A stretch of DNA of 64,000 nucleotides, taken from assembly GCA_015680685.1 (NCBI GenBank), contig MNCI01002560.1, positions 381,995 to 445,994 on the forward strand, written 5' to 3'. The translations under genes were made by a program, and so were the position numbers. The DNA is from Gnetum montanum (lineage: Eukaryota > Plantae > Gnetophyta). The notes under the pieces are model-generated. The model worked only from the letters and a program-made list of their open reading frames with translations. It searched no databases and had not been told where the DNA came from. This document shows positions 42,477 through 55,329 of the stretch, one piece after another (the stretch's first letter is position 1; each line of letters begins with the position of its first letter).

Positions 42477-45400
42477 TCATGCATCTAATGATGCCAAGGG
42501 GGCATCCAAAGGGAGATGAGATGGTGCATCATCATCATCATCATTGCCTACACCCTTGGGGTTGCCAATGTCATATGGTGCCTATTACATAACAACATAC
42601 AATTAATCAGTAACTAACATAACCAAAACCAAGATATAAAAAAATGCAAAACTAAAAGTTAAAACATAAAACATAAATGTCATCAAACTTGTGGGAAATT
42701 CAGCTCTATAAACTCTCTGGGAAGATGGTGAAGACTAGTCTCCAAATGTTGTAGAATCTAGTTTTCCATCATGTTGGGCTAGTTAATATCTCCAAAATTG
42801 ATGCTTGTGAAGATATTGGTCATGTCTACATCCATTCATGATGGTAGCTCTAAAGAGATTGTAGCCATAGAGACGTCATCCATAGGTTTGGTGATATGAG
42901 GAGTAGGAGATTCAACTACTATGAGAGTGCTTTCAAAGAGGTTGAAGCACTTTTAGTCTTAATACCTTGGATAAACAAATCCCTCTTCTGCCATTCAATC
43001 ATCTTCCTCTTCAGACACTTCAATAACCACTTCAAGTGTGCCTCTTGATTGACCTTATGCTTCCACTTATGATCCTTTTGTATCTTACCCCACTCCAAGA
43101 CCTAAGCACTATAATCTTTCCAATTCTAGACATTTCAGGATATCAAGCCCATCTGCATCTACTACTTATGCAACTCCTAGGAGAGAGAAACCTTGTCATG
43201 GATGGTATGCCAATAGTAGGCCTAGGTTATCTCCTTGGTTCATAATGCTTCTACGTTAGCCACTTGAACTTCCACAAAAATCCTAGACCTTTCAAGATAT
43301 CAAGCCCCTCTACATCTACTACTTATGCAACTCTTGGGAGAGAGCAACCTTGTCATGGATGGTATGCCAATAGTAGGCCTAGGTTATCTCATTGGTCCAT
43401 AAGGCTTCTAAGTTAGCCACTTGGACTTCCACAAAGGCCTTACATTCCTTAAGATTTTGGATCCTCTTGGCTTGTCTTTTATTTTCCTCGTTTAAGGCCA
43501 TAACCTATTTCCATAGGGATTTGTTGGACCTTTGAATCTCCAATGAAGCTTTTGCACATGAAACTATAAGATTAGTGGTAGTTTTGCATAGCTTCAATGG
43601 AACATGAAGGGTGTCAAGAGGAATCTTAAGCAAGGATTCAAACTCCATGTCTTGGGCTAGGTCTCACACAATTGATGAAACTAAAAATAACAAAAATATA
43701 ATCATAAACATGATATAAAATCTAAGGTAGTTGTAGCATAAAATATAGTTGGTAGCAAAAAAAATAAGATATAGAAAAGAATAGTTCTTACTAATCTTGG
43801 ATGCAATCTATTGCAACTAATCAACTATTTCCTTTTTCCAACCTATGCATGAGTTATATCTTGTCTAGGACCTCTACCCATGGTTTCATGCCTAACATGG
43901 ATGTAGAGGCCTGTGTTGGTGGCTTAAGAACTATGATAAGCATAACAATCATCAGACAAGTAAGAATTGAGAATTCAAAGTTAAAACCATATGCAGTAAT
44001 GAGTAAAGCATAGGCATACCTATATTCTCATTCTCATCCTCATGCTCATCATCATCGGGATGTCAATTTGAGGCTCCTTGAGTAGTGTCTTGCCGAACAA
44101 GGTGTCACATCATCCATATCAATATGGACAAATCTTATAGCCTCATGTTGCTACAAGAGTGCCTTCTCTGCATGGATTTGTTCCTCCTTTACCATTGTAG
44201 CTATACACATCCCATTATCCTTTACACATCTATGTGCCTCCTCTACCTATCTTTACTCTTCTTTTGTAGTGGTAGCTTAGGCCACTAAGTTCCACTGTTG
44301 ACTTATAGCCATAATCCATTAGACAAGTTATCACGTATAGCCATAAGACATAACATAGTCAAGAGCATTAAGAACATAGTTAAAGCATACATATGATTGC
44401 CTAATCTAATTGAGGAATCTTATAGATGATCTCTTACTTGAAGGCTAGCTCTAATGCTGGTGGTGCTTCCTTTGCTAGTCATTTTAAATTGGCCTTGGGT
44501 TTCCTATTAGCCTTAGCATGCAACCATCAGGCTCTCTAGATGTTTGCCAAGAACGTAAGTAGTGCCTCCTTGATGTTGTCAGGGAATTCACATAGACTAG
44601 CACCAAGGATTTTGGAGGTCATATATAATGAATCTCCCATGTTCTCTAGTGGGTTTTGAGCCTTCATAGTTGGATAAAGATGTTTTATCTAAGGACTGGA
44701 GAGTTGTTTTGGGTCCTGGTGCACCCATGATCCATTCCTGCTCACCACCAAGAATTCTATGAACCTCTTTAGCTAACCTACAAAAAATGCATAGTGCATG
44801 TGGACTACTATAGAGAGGTCCTTGCAGAGTTTGAGGATTTCCTCCCTAAGGCTCATAGCCAAGAAAGCAACCCAGTTAAAACAGGTTCCCTCCATCAATA
44901 CCTTCTTGAAGGTCCATCCCTATGCAATACTAATTACCTTATTTTGCAACAATAATTTAGGAAAGGCTCAAGACCTAAACTAGGAATAAGAATCCCTTGT
45001 GTTAGGGTTCATAGAGCTATCAAAAGCAAGTTTGAAGTGGCCCTTCCTAGCACCAAACTACTTCTCAAATTTAGCATGATTGCTAGCCTTCTTCATTGGT
45101 TTGTTGGAAACATTATCCTATCATTAGGAACACCAAACAAGTCATGAAAGTTGAGCTCACTGATAGAAATGACAATAAGTATGCCTCGCACTCTGGTGTA
45201 CAACACATTGGCTCCTACATCAAAGGAGTCTATGACATTCAACATCTCTATAGAAGGGACAATAGGACTAGGCTCCATGAAGAGCTCGAGTAAACATACA
45301 AGCATGATGTTTGTCTGGATGTTCTAAGATGCATGCCACTTCAACCACTCCTATGCTGGCCTTACATCACCAAACATTAGGATGAGAGTATTTATAGAAT

Positions 45401-47114
45401 GTCTAGTGAGGGATATAGTGATATTAATAGAAGTGGAAGGTCTTGTAAGACAAAGGTAAATGCTTAACATTAGTATAGCTATGTTTAGACCATAGAATGA
45501 TTAGGATCAAAATAGCTATAAAAGTTTAGCTATAATATAGAAAACCATTCTTTTTCTCGCCTTTCTTTTTCTTATTTGGCAAGGCTTGTGCAGGACTCTT
45601 AGTAGTGATGCCCATATCTTTGATGGCCTTAGGTGCCATCCACTAGTAGTACACTATTTTAGAAGACACGCTCTTCTTGTAAATAGGGTCAAATATGGTA
45701 GGGTATTCATCAAAGTTCCTTCTTAGTTATTTGAATGAAATGTCTAGTCTTGGGACCTTTGGTGATTTTACTCAACATAGTGTGGGATATCACCAAGATT
45801 TGATCATTCTTGCTCAAGACTTCATCATTAATCCTATACCTACAAGATGTGTGTGAAGCAAACAATGTAGGAAAGATGACCAAATTAGATAAAGCAAAAA
45901 TATTAAAATCTGTAATAGCCATGCTTACCCTTCTAACCAATACATGATGCTTGGAGTGTTTTGGAATAGGGAGTGGACTCTTTGCACCATCATTATAGTA
46001 TTATTAATGTTGTACAACCAAAATTAAGCCTAATTGACATAGCCATAGTGAAAATTTATAAAACATTACTTAAAGCTTTAATTTTAGTGATTCCACCATT
46101 GAAGGAATCTTGAAATCACAAGCTTTATAGCCATAGCTAGTAAAATAAAAAAATATGTAACCAATTTTACATGAACCATAGCTAGATTTGCATAACTGTA
46201 GCCATCAACATAAACCCCTTTCCATGTAGGGTTGGTAAAAATTAGCCAAAACGTTTTTTGAGCTCTAAATGGAGTAATTCCATCACTATTTTAAAGCTAA
46301 ATTAAGTCCTACACTCTCACACTTAGCAAAAATTCAAAACCCTAGCCATTTATTCAGAAACAATTCATAAGCATGGATGAAAATCTGAAAAATGACACAC
46401 CTTAGTTACATAACGTAACGGAAATAGCCATAACTATGTCATTATTAACCAAAATCAAATGAGACAACAACCAATGTAAAGCTTAAACAAAACCCTAAAA
46501 ATCCATAGCCTTATATTTTTCCAACAGTTAGCCATTTTCTTAATAAAAAATTCATAACTTTTCTTGGTTTTCTAATTAAGAAAGAATTTAAAAACACAAA
46601 TTCATAAAACCTAATTTAATTTAGCCATGCATTGAAGCCTAAATAGCTAATAAACCTGAAATTTAGTAAAAACACATCAAGATAGGGAGTAGGATTCTGT
46701 TAAAATTTAAGTTTTAAAAAAGTATCAACCTAGATTTGACAATAATGGCTCCACTCTCAAATTTATAGAAAAAGCACACAAAAAACTTAAGCCTATTTTA
46801 CAAATTAAATCTACCAAAGCTTAAACAACCAAATAATTCTAGATCTACTATTGGCCAACATATGAGGTAGGATTTCGTTGGAGTTCAACTTCATCAATTC
46901 CCTTTGTGTAGATTTGAAGAAAATGACCCCCATCCTAGCTAGAAAACACAAAAATGACTAGGAAATAAGAGAAAATAGCTAGAGATGGCTTACTTAGGAG
47001 TAAGTGATGAGGAAGCCTAATCAAAACAAGCCTAGGTAGCTTGAAGTATTTCTAAGTACCATCATCTACCTCCTCAAGTTTTGGATTTTTGTTTGATCCT
47101 CCATGTGTCTTCAT
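42477..47114 (-). pseudogene. Antisense multi-exon accessory gene inside Tat-B (plant-transposon-protein-like N-terminus, low-complexity/acidic C-terminus)
   Basis: Minus-strand GT..AG U-rich introns at about 46993-?, 45928-45840, 45545-45442, 44437-44302, 44019-43931, 43791-43681 and 42688-42582. Last exon is 105 nt (APYDIGNPKGVGNDDDDDAPSHLPLDAPLASLDA*). Start codon uncertain. Confidence 0.72.
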
Positions 47115-47603
47115 CGTGATTGCACCAATGTTGCAAAAGCTTAAAAACTAAAGAGTTGAGGCTTCTATGTTGGCTAGGAGGAGGTCCTAGTGATTCAACA
47201 TTGAATGGAGATGGTGTCTATAGTATCAAACTCTCATAGAGCTCTACTCCAATGCACTAGGTATGGAATGAGAAGTGTGGTTGGTGTTTTAGGAAAATTA
47301 ACAATAAAAATCAAACCTAAACCTAAACATTTTGACTCTTACCCCCATTGCCAATTTGGTGCATTGGAACTCAAAGTGCACTAATGTTCAAGGGGGTGGG
47401 GAATGGGGGGAAGTATTCTCAACATTGAAAGTGAATGGAAAAATAACACTTATGAGTAATTTTCTTGATTTTTTAAGTTATAGGCCATGGGTCCCACCAT
47501 ATGCCCTCATGCATGGTGTTTTTAGACCTAAAAACTCCATCAATGCTAGATTTTTGACTTCTTATGATGCCTAAAACCATGGTACAACCTTATTTCCCCT
47601 ATA

Positions 47604-49750
47604 TCCATGTTGGGTAGCATGGAGGAAATGTGGATACTCATCTCCCTCACCTCACAACACCTCCACACTAATCCCTCTTTCCATTTTTGGTAGCTATGAC
47701 CTATCCAACCCAACTTCAAACTCTAGAAGGGGGTTAGCTCTTGGAAAAGCTTTCCACTTTGGGCTTCCACTTTGGCCAACATGGAACCTAGCATCGAGCC
47801 AAGGGGGTGAGATATATTATTATCCCCTAGTGCCCACCACACCTAGATATGATCCCTAGAGTGGGCTCACATGACTTATAACCCATATAGTCACTCTCAG
47901 TAGTCCTAGAACCTCATCAAACTAAGTCAAAAGTGTGTGAAACCTTTGCACTTAGTTGATCCATGCTAGGTGAACCCCCCTCCATGTTGTACAACATGGA
48001 GTCTTAGGAGGTATGACATAAAATCCTTCTCCAAGTGCTAAGTAATGATAAATGTCACCTTGACAACCCCTATGCTTCCCCATGACCTTAGGTAGTTGAT
48101 AGTAGTAAAAGTTCAAGTTAATTTCCATCCTTGAAGCTTGTCCTAACTAGTGAACCTCATTCTCCATACTAGCCAATGTGGATGCCCTAGGGGTATGTAG
48201 TATTACCTTCTCTATAGTAACAAACAATTAAATGATCTATCCTAGTGACCTTCATACCCTTCCAAAATCTCTCAAAGCCTTCAAACATCACAAAAATGAT
48301 AAAAAATTGCCAAATGGTCATCACCACTTTTGTTTCATGCTGAGGACAACCTTCCTAGTGTGGCGAAATGGGGGGATGACTACATGAACACCTAGAACCC
48401 TTCAAACTAATTAATTTTGATACCAAATTAAGATCCTTGACCCTCTACAACCTCGATAGCTTTGAATCCCTATTGAAACTTGTTGAAAGGGTTTTAAAAA
48501 TTGACTCCAAGTTCATCCATGCTGGGGGAAACCTTATCGATACTAGCTAGCATGAAGCTAGCATGGATGGAGGGGGAAAATAGCTAAAACTCTCAAGATT
48601 TTCCTAAAATTGGAGTTTTATCAATAACCCAACCTTTCCAGAGGCTTTGAAAACTGAAGCTCATTAAAAAATGATCATTTTCATGAGTTTCTTGGCCTAC
48701 ACACTAAGCACCCCTCTCTTTCACATTGGCCAACATGGAGCTAGTGTGGATATAGTTGGAAAAGTCCATGAGAGGTAATAGATGCATCAAAATATTGTAA
48801 AATTGATCTACACTCATTGTAGAGCCCTATCCACACATTCGAGAGCTACTAGGCTCTAAACATTTAGCTCAAAATAGCCATAAATAAACCTATTTAAGTC
48901 TTATATGGTAGTTCCATGTTGGTTGGTGTGAAGCCAACGTGGAACTAGAGAGGCAAGCTAAAAAGCCCTCAAGAAATTCTCAAAATTTCCATGTTTTGAC
49001 CATCAACACTACTGACCTTGAGAGTGGACATGCACAACCAAAGTTAATAAAAAATAATTAAAAACTACTCCCATGTTTGATTATGGTTAAAACTAGTCTA
49101 TATCATCCTAAGATAAAAAAAAGTAAGAGTTCCTCTTGTAATCTATGTTGGCTAGTGTGGAGATTTCTTCAAACTTTCTTTAACACTCAAAACCTCATCC
49201 AAATGACCTAAAAATATAATCAAGAGATGCACAACCATGAGATCTTTGTTCAAGATATTCATGAAATCCTATTTGATTCTATTTTAGCCTAGATTTGAAT
49301 CTTTTATGTTGACACCACACCCCCCCNCCCCCCCCCCCCCCCCAATCCATGCTAGCTAGCATGGAGATAGGAGGGTATGACTTTAAGGCCTACCTTTTGC
49401 TTTCCTTGACCTTTGGAATGATAAATTTTGATATATTTGGCCTTACATTATCTTGGTAAGGCCTTAGAACACTAGTTTCAACTCTTTGGATGCCATGTAG
49501 CATGTTTTCTTTAGTTTTCACACTAACTCTATGTTGACTAGTGTGAAACCATTGTGAAAGATACTTTTATCCTTAAACAAGGGGGCCTAGAGATTGAAAT
49601 AGGCATCAAAAGTAGCCTATATCCTTCCCTAGTTGACTAAGCTAATATACAAGACATTAGGAGGTCAAAATTAGTCAAAATAAGCCTTGAAAATCCTTCT
49701 AATGTTTCCTCCAAATTGGAACTCATCCCTTCCATGCTAGCTAGTGTGAA
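47604..49750. repeat. Periodic array of 20-bp palindromes (TCCA..YTRGYYAR..TGGA)
   Basis: Copies at 47604, 47766, 47981, 48163, 48537, 48720, 48913, 49142, 49346, 49528 and 49731; those at 47981 and 49346 are perfect palindromes. Confidence 0.85.
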
Positions 49751-50429
49751 AATAAGGGGGTTTAGCATTGAAGCCTTAAAACCTTGGATTTTTTAGTATA
49801 AACACCCTAGAAACAACCCTTATTAATATCAAAACTAGCCCATGACCCTTGTATCCTTAAACCATGACCTTCTAAGCCTAAGATTAGTAGAATCTAATCC
49901 TTTTTAACCATGTTTTCACCAAAATTCATCATATGTATCACACTTTTTCTTGTTTGATCTTGTCATATCTTACCATGACCTATCATGCATTTTTGACCTT
50001 CTTTAGCCTCACTACTACTTCCTCTCTCAATATGTTAGCCTTTTATTCTCTACACTATATCCTTATATAGCCTTTTTTAGCCTTTGATTGGTATTGGATG
50101 GTGGGGTTTGACCTTCCCTAACCACCATTTGATACCATGTGACCATTGCCCACTATGGTCTTAAATTGGCATCATGGCCGACTAAGGCCTTAAATTGGTA
50201 AAACCATGACCTTTGTTGACCCTGTGTAGCCTTATTTCTCATACTTCCCTTTGTTTGACCTTTATTTGATTCTTATTGCACTTTTTTTGCTTGTTTTTAC
50301 TTTATTTATAGTCTTGGATTACCTTGTTTACATTATGATAGCATGTATTTGCATAATTTTACAACATTTTAGCATTTTCTATTCATTTTTACCTGGGTGC
50401 CACTTAATATGCTTTTGGTTGACATGTAG

Positions 50430-53400
50430 GATTAAAAGTATGAATACCTAGGAGTAGATTAGTTTACCTTTGTACCTACATGGACCCCATGGTGATGTAG
50501 AATGGTATATTAACCCTAATTTCCTAGATCTTGAGCCTTAGAGTCTTGTGGTCGACATAGCCTCTATTGAAAAGCCTCTAGAATGACCTAAAAACATAGT
50601 TAAAACCCTTGACCTTGAGTTTGGTGCATAAATGAAGACTCTCTAGTTGAGGTTCCTATCACAACACATATTGGTGAGGAGAAAATCCTTAAACTAAGTT
50701 CCTCTCTTGAAAATCAATAGGCTCAAGCCATTAGCAAAGTCTTATAGGATAACATTAAGGCCTTCACCTAGTCATATGAGGATATGCTAGCTCTAGACCC
50801 ATGTTTAGTCTGGCACAACATCATAATTGATCCTAGTATTACACTAGTTAATCAAAAAGTATGTAAGATTGGACTTGATTTGAAGTTAGCAATTCGTGAT
50901 AAGATCTTAAAAATCTACCAACCAGGCTTCATCTGAGCTATTGACTATGTAGAATAGGTGTCCAACATAGTGGTAGTCCTTAATAAAACTAGGAGTATTC
51001 ATATTTGCATTGGTTTCTAAGATATAAATAAAGCAACCATCAAGGATGACTTTCATTTGCCTAGTATTGATTAACTTCTTGATACTATGAATGGACATGT
51101 CTTTTTGTCCTTTATGGATGGATCCTCTAGATACAACCAAATTAGGAACAACCTAGACCACCAACTTAGCATGACCTTCATGACCTCTTGGGGTACCTAT
51201 TACTATACTATGATACCCTTTGGTCTTAAGAATGTAGGAGAAGCCTATCAATGAGCCTTGAGCTATATCTTAACTGATCACATATTAGGTTTTCTCAACA
51301 GTTACATGGATGATATAGCCATCAAGTCCAAAGTGGAAAATGACCATGCTAATGACCTAGATCTTGTTCTTAAATAATTCCTTAAGTATGAGCTTAGGCT
51401 CAACCCTAATAAGTGTGTCTTCGGTATCAAGACCAATAAGAAAGTTGGCTTTGTAGTTTCTGAAACAAGGATATGTATCAATCTTGATAAGGTTAAGGTT
51501 ATATCCAAATTAGAAGCACCTACCAACCTTAAGGATATTTTTGGATTACAAGGTAGATTATAGTTTATTCATGGGTTTATTACTAGGCTTACAAATAAAT
51601 TACAACCTATGCAATAGGGGTTCACTATGAATGAATAGCTCAATGACAAGAGTCCTTTGAAAACCCTAAGTAAGAGTTGGCACAACTACTGATAGTCAAT
51701 CCTCCACAAGGGGGGAAGCTATTTTACATCTACCTTGCTATCTTTTACACATCAATTTCCTATCTACTTTGTCCTAAAGGTGATGATGGGATAGAGATTC
51801 CAGTATACTACCTTAGTTGTCAATGAGACATGATACCCTAAAGTGGATAAGTATTGTCTAGCACTAGTCTTCTCATTGAAAATGTGGAGACACTATTTCT
51901 TCAGAAGCTAGGTCAACATCTTTTACAAAGATAATGTACTCAAAGCCATAATGAGAAATATCTATGAGAGTAGCCATATAGCCTAATGGAAAGCCATAAC
52001 CATGAAGTTTGACCTTCATTACATCTCTCAAGACTTAACAAAAGGTCAGGCTATAGCCATAAAACTCACTATTTTTCCTATTAATGACCAAGTAGACATA
52101 GATTTTGAGTTTCTTGATAAACATGTCAACATTGTTAGCCAAGTTCCCAAGTGTTATGAGGTAGTCATGCACTTTGATGGAGTTTTGACTACCCATGGGG
52201 CTAGTGTCACTACCATTATAATATTTCCATATGGTGAATTTCAACCCTTCACATATTATTTTGAGTTTTCATGACCCAACAACATAGCAAAGTATAAGGG
52301 TTTCATCAGAGGAATGATGGTGGATCTTGACCTATGAATTAAGTGATTAACAATTAAAGGTAATTCCCAACTTGTGGTTAACCAAGTGACCAAGGTCTAT
52401 GCGTGTAAAGCCAAATAATTAAAAAATTATTGTGACCTGGGGAATTAATTGTTACAACAATTTACAGATGGTGATATCCAACACATACCCTAAAATGAGA
52501 ATGCCATAACTAATGAAGTTACAATGTTAGTCCTCAATGTAACATAAGATGTGTTTAATGAGTTTCCCACCTTAACTATGAACTATGCTATTGCCACCAT
52601 GTAGAGTGCTGAGGATACCTTTATGGTTGTAGTTCATATTGCTCTTGCTAGGGAGTGGTATGATGATATCAAATTTTACCTTATGCATGATGAATCTTCA
52701 CAAGGCCTACCTACTGGTCAAAAGGACACTGTACACAAATGATCAAAATAGTATGTCATAGTAGGTGATAATACATTATGTCAATCATGCTACAATGGCA
52801 TATTATTAAAGTGCTTAGGTAAAACTAAAGCTAAAATAGTCCTAGAGCTAGTTCATTAGGGTGTTTGTGCATGACATATAGGACTTAGAGCTATGGCCAC
52901 TAAGATTAGATGGTGAGGCTACTATTGGCCGTATATGGAAAGTGAATTCCTGTAGAAGGTTAAGCACTATGACATGTGCCAATGACATAGCAAACTTATA
53001 CATGTATCACCAACTAAGTTGCCTACTAAACTTTGCTAGTTTAATGATGGGGGTTGGATATCATTAGGCCTATAACACCTACATCTTCTGCAAGACATAG
53101 CTTCATCATCACTGCAACCAAATACTAAGTGGGTTGAAGCTATTTTCCTAAGGAAGACTATGTCTGAATAAGTCTGTAAATTTATCTTGGATAACATTGT
53201 AGTGCATTTTGGCATACCCATGACCATAGTTATAGATAATGGACTACAATTTAGTAGCCAAGAAATAAAGGATTTCTATCATGACCTAAGCATTAATCAT
53301 TCTTTCTCATCACCTTATTACCCTTAAGACAATGAAGAAGTAGAAGTAAGTAATAAGGCCATCATTAACTTTTTAAAGAAAATGCTAAATAACAACAAGC

Positions 53401-53665
53401 ACAAATGGCATGAGTGGCTCTTCCATGCACTTTGGGCCTATCGTAATACTTACCATATAGCAACTAGTGTAACATATTATAGCTTGGTTTATGATTCTAA
53501 AGCTATTTTACCTCTTAAATTGCATGTACCATCACTTTAGGTGGCCCTAACCAACTTCATCAATGATGAAGAAAGTAAGGAGTTGTGGAAAATAGACCTA
53601 GACTTGGTGGAGGAGTAATGTGTACAAGCACTTGGTCATGTTGAATGCTATCAAGAAAGAAAAAA
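50430..53665 (+). pseudogene. Tat-B pol: RT, RNase H, archaeal-type RNase H (aRH), integrase (C-terminus deleted)
   Basis: SFMDGSSRYNQI, IPFGLKN.G.AYQ, YMDDIAIKS (51110-51330); aRH MHFDG..NNIAKY..KGNSQLVVNQV (52165-52400); INT GYYWP, WGLDII, FGIP..I..DNG.QF, LWAYRNT. Confidence 0.9.
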
Positions 53666-54257
53666 ACATGGCTTCTTGGGGCTTTCTAACATAGAACCAT
53701 TGTAGCCTTGTTATCCGTGTTACCCCCCTTGGGAGTCATGGGCCTTGGGTATCAATGCTATGTCCCTAGGATCTCCAAATGCTAGCATGGAGAATTATAG
53801 CAATGTCAATCCTTGATATTTCTCAACCCTAGTAGTGAGCCACATTGCAAATTTTGAATATAAGCAAATGAGTTTTAATAACATTAGGAGTGGCTAAACA
53901 TCTAGATCATGAAGTGGATTCCATCAACTTTAACAGACTTAAAGCCCCTGCCTAAGTGAGCCCTCCTTTACTCTCCTATGGGCACTTTTGTACACATTTC
54001 TAAACTCATTCTTTATTCATTAAATAAAGTTTATAGTTTCATTTTATGTGAAATTTTTATTCATTTTGAGTTTTTAGATTTGCAATTTTTACATTTCTCA
54101 AAACCCCATTTTGTATCCCCCTATGTCCTTGGGTGATCTGTCAGACCATCTAGGGCACCCTGAATTTCATTTTTTCTTAGAGGATCAGGGTTGAAGCTGT
54201 TCATGGTTGAGAATCCTTAGCTTTCTAGTAGCCAAAATTTTTAGTTATTATCGACAA

Positions 54258-55300
54258 TAAGGTAATTCTCCTAGCTTACCATATTTCTCTTCATCTTGAT
54301 CATCTAGATCTAACAAAGATAAACATAGGCAAGAAGATAGAGCTTCACCTATGGATTAAGATAGAAAAATTGGTAGCCATCATTGGTGGAATTCATATTC
54401 TCATGATAGGTGAAATCATGGTGGACATCCTTGTAAGAATAAAGATTAACATAGAGATAAAGATAGAAGATAGGAAGGAATGCATGAAAGGGAGTATAGA
54501 AGAGATCACCATGATTGGGTAGATAGGGGCCATGACTATGATTATGATATGCCTAATGATGATGAATCTTATTGGCTACTAGAAGCATGATTCAAGTTAA
54601 TGTCATAGTAAGGATTTCTCACAAGCATAAAAAAAGTCTGAATCAAAAAACTTGATATGTAAAACATGATAAAGTTTGATATGTAAAACTATAGTATCAT
54701 TTTCAAGCCTTCCATGATGCTTGCGCTTTGTAAAATATTATAAGAAAATGACATAAGCTAAATCTCTTTTAAAGAATACTAATTGAAGAATATGAAATTC
54801 AGTACATATTATTAGAGCTAGACATAATCCACCACTATGGTTTATGATGGTCAAGCTCTCCAATTGGAAGTATTAAACATGCACCATAGTATGCAATATT
54901 AGAAAAAAAGCTAAGAATGAAAACAAGGAAATCATAAATTTCTTGATGTATCTCTGACAACATGCTATTCTATATTACATAGATGTCTAAATAGTCTTAC
55001 TTATCATATATGAGACTTAGAAAAGAAAAAGGGAGATCCTTGGGATCTATTCCTAAGGAAGAGTGTTGGAGCTTAGAGTTCATTGACAAGGTCATAAAGA
55101 AAGAAAGAGAGTTGGAATTTTAATCACAATAGAAAAATTCCCCTGATGCTATTAACATCTAGTGGGATGATAGTGTTAGTAAGTTGAACTATAAGCCTAT
55201 GAAGCATCATTTCTTGAGGCTAGTTTCCATGTCTATAGAAGGAGTTAGTAGACCTACTAGATCACTAGATTTAGCATGGATCCTACATTAGGTAACTTCC
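54258..55300 (+). pseudogene. Old Athila gag remnant (continuation of the element starting at 18574)
   Basis: 54560-55050 resembles 4190-4740 and 63340-63880 (..aagcatga.., ttccatgatgcttgcgctttg). Confidence 0.65.
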
Positions 55301-55329
55301 TTTCTCATAATAATAGCTTCAAGTCTCAT

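Larger units (their letters stand above)
27114..54252 (+). mobile_element. Tat/Ogre-like element B (~17.8 kb excluding nested element C), with split gag-PR / RT-RH-aRH-INT
   Basis: Exact 5-bp TSD GACAA (27109-27113, 54253-54257); 5' LTR 27114-27962 (TGAAACACC); PBS ttgcactagaaggagg 27969-27984; partial 3' LTR 53668-54252 homologous to 27370-27962. Confidence 0.87.

Noticed and set aside
49320-49343. Poly-C run / G-quadruplex candidate
   Set aside because: Contains an N; homopolymer length is unreliable
47604-49750. Palindromic repeats with spacers as a CRISPR array
   Set aside because: Eukaryotic TE context, degenerate repeats, ~170-bp spacers and no cas genes
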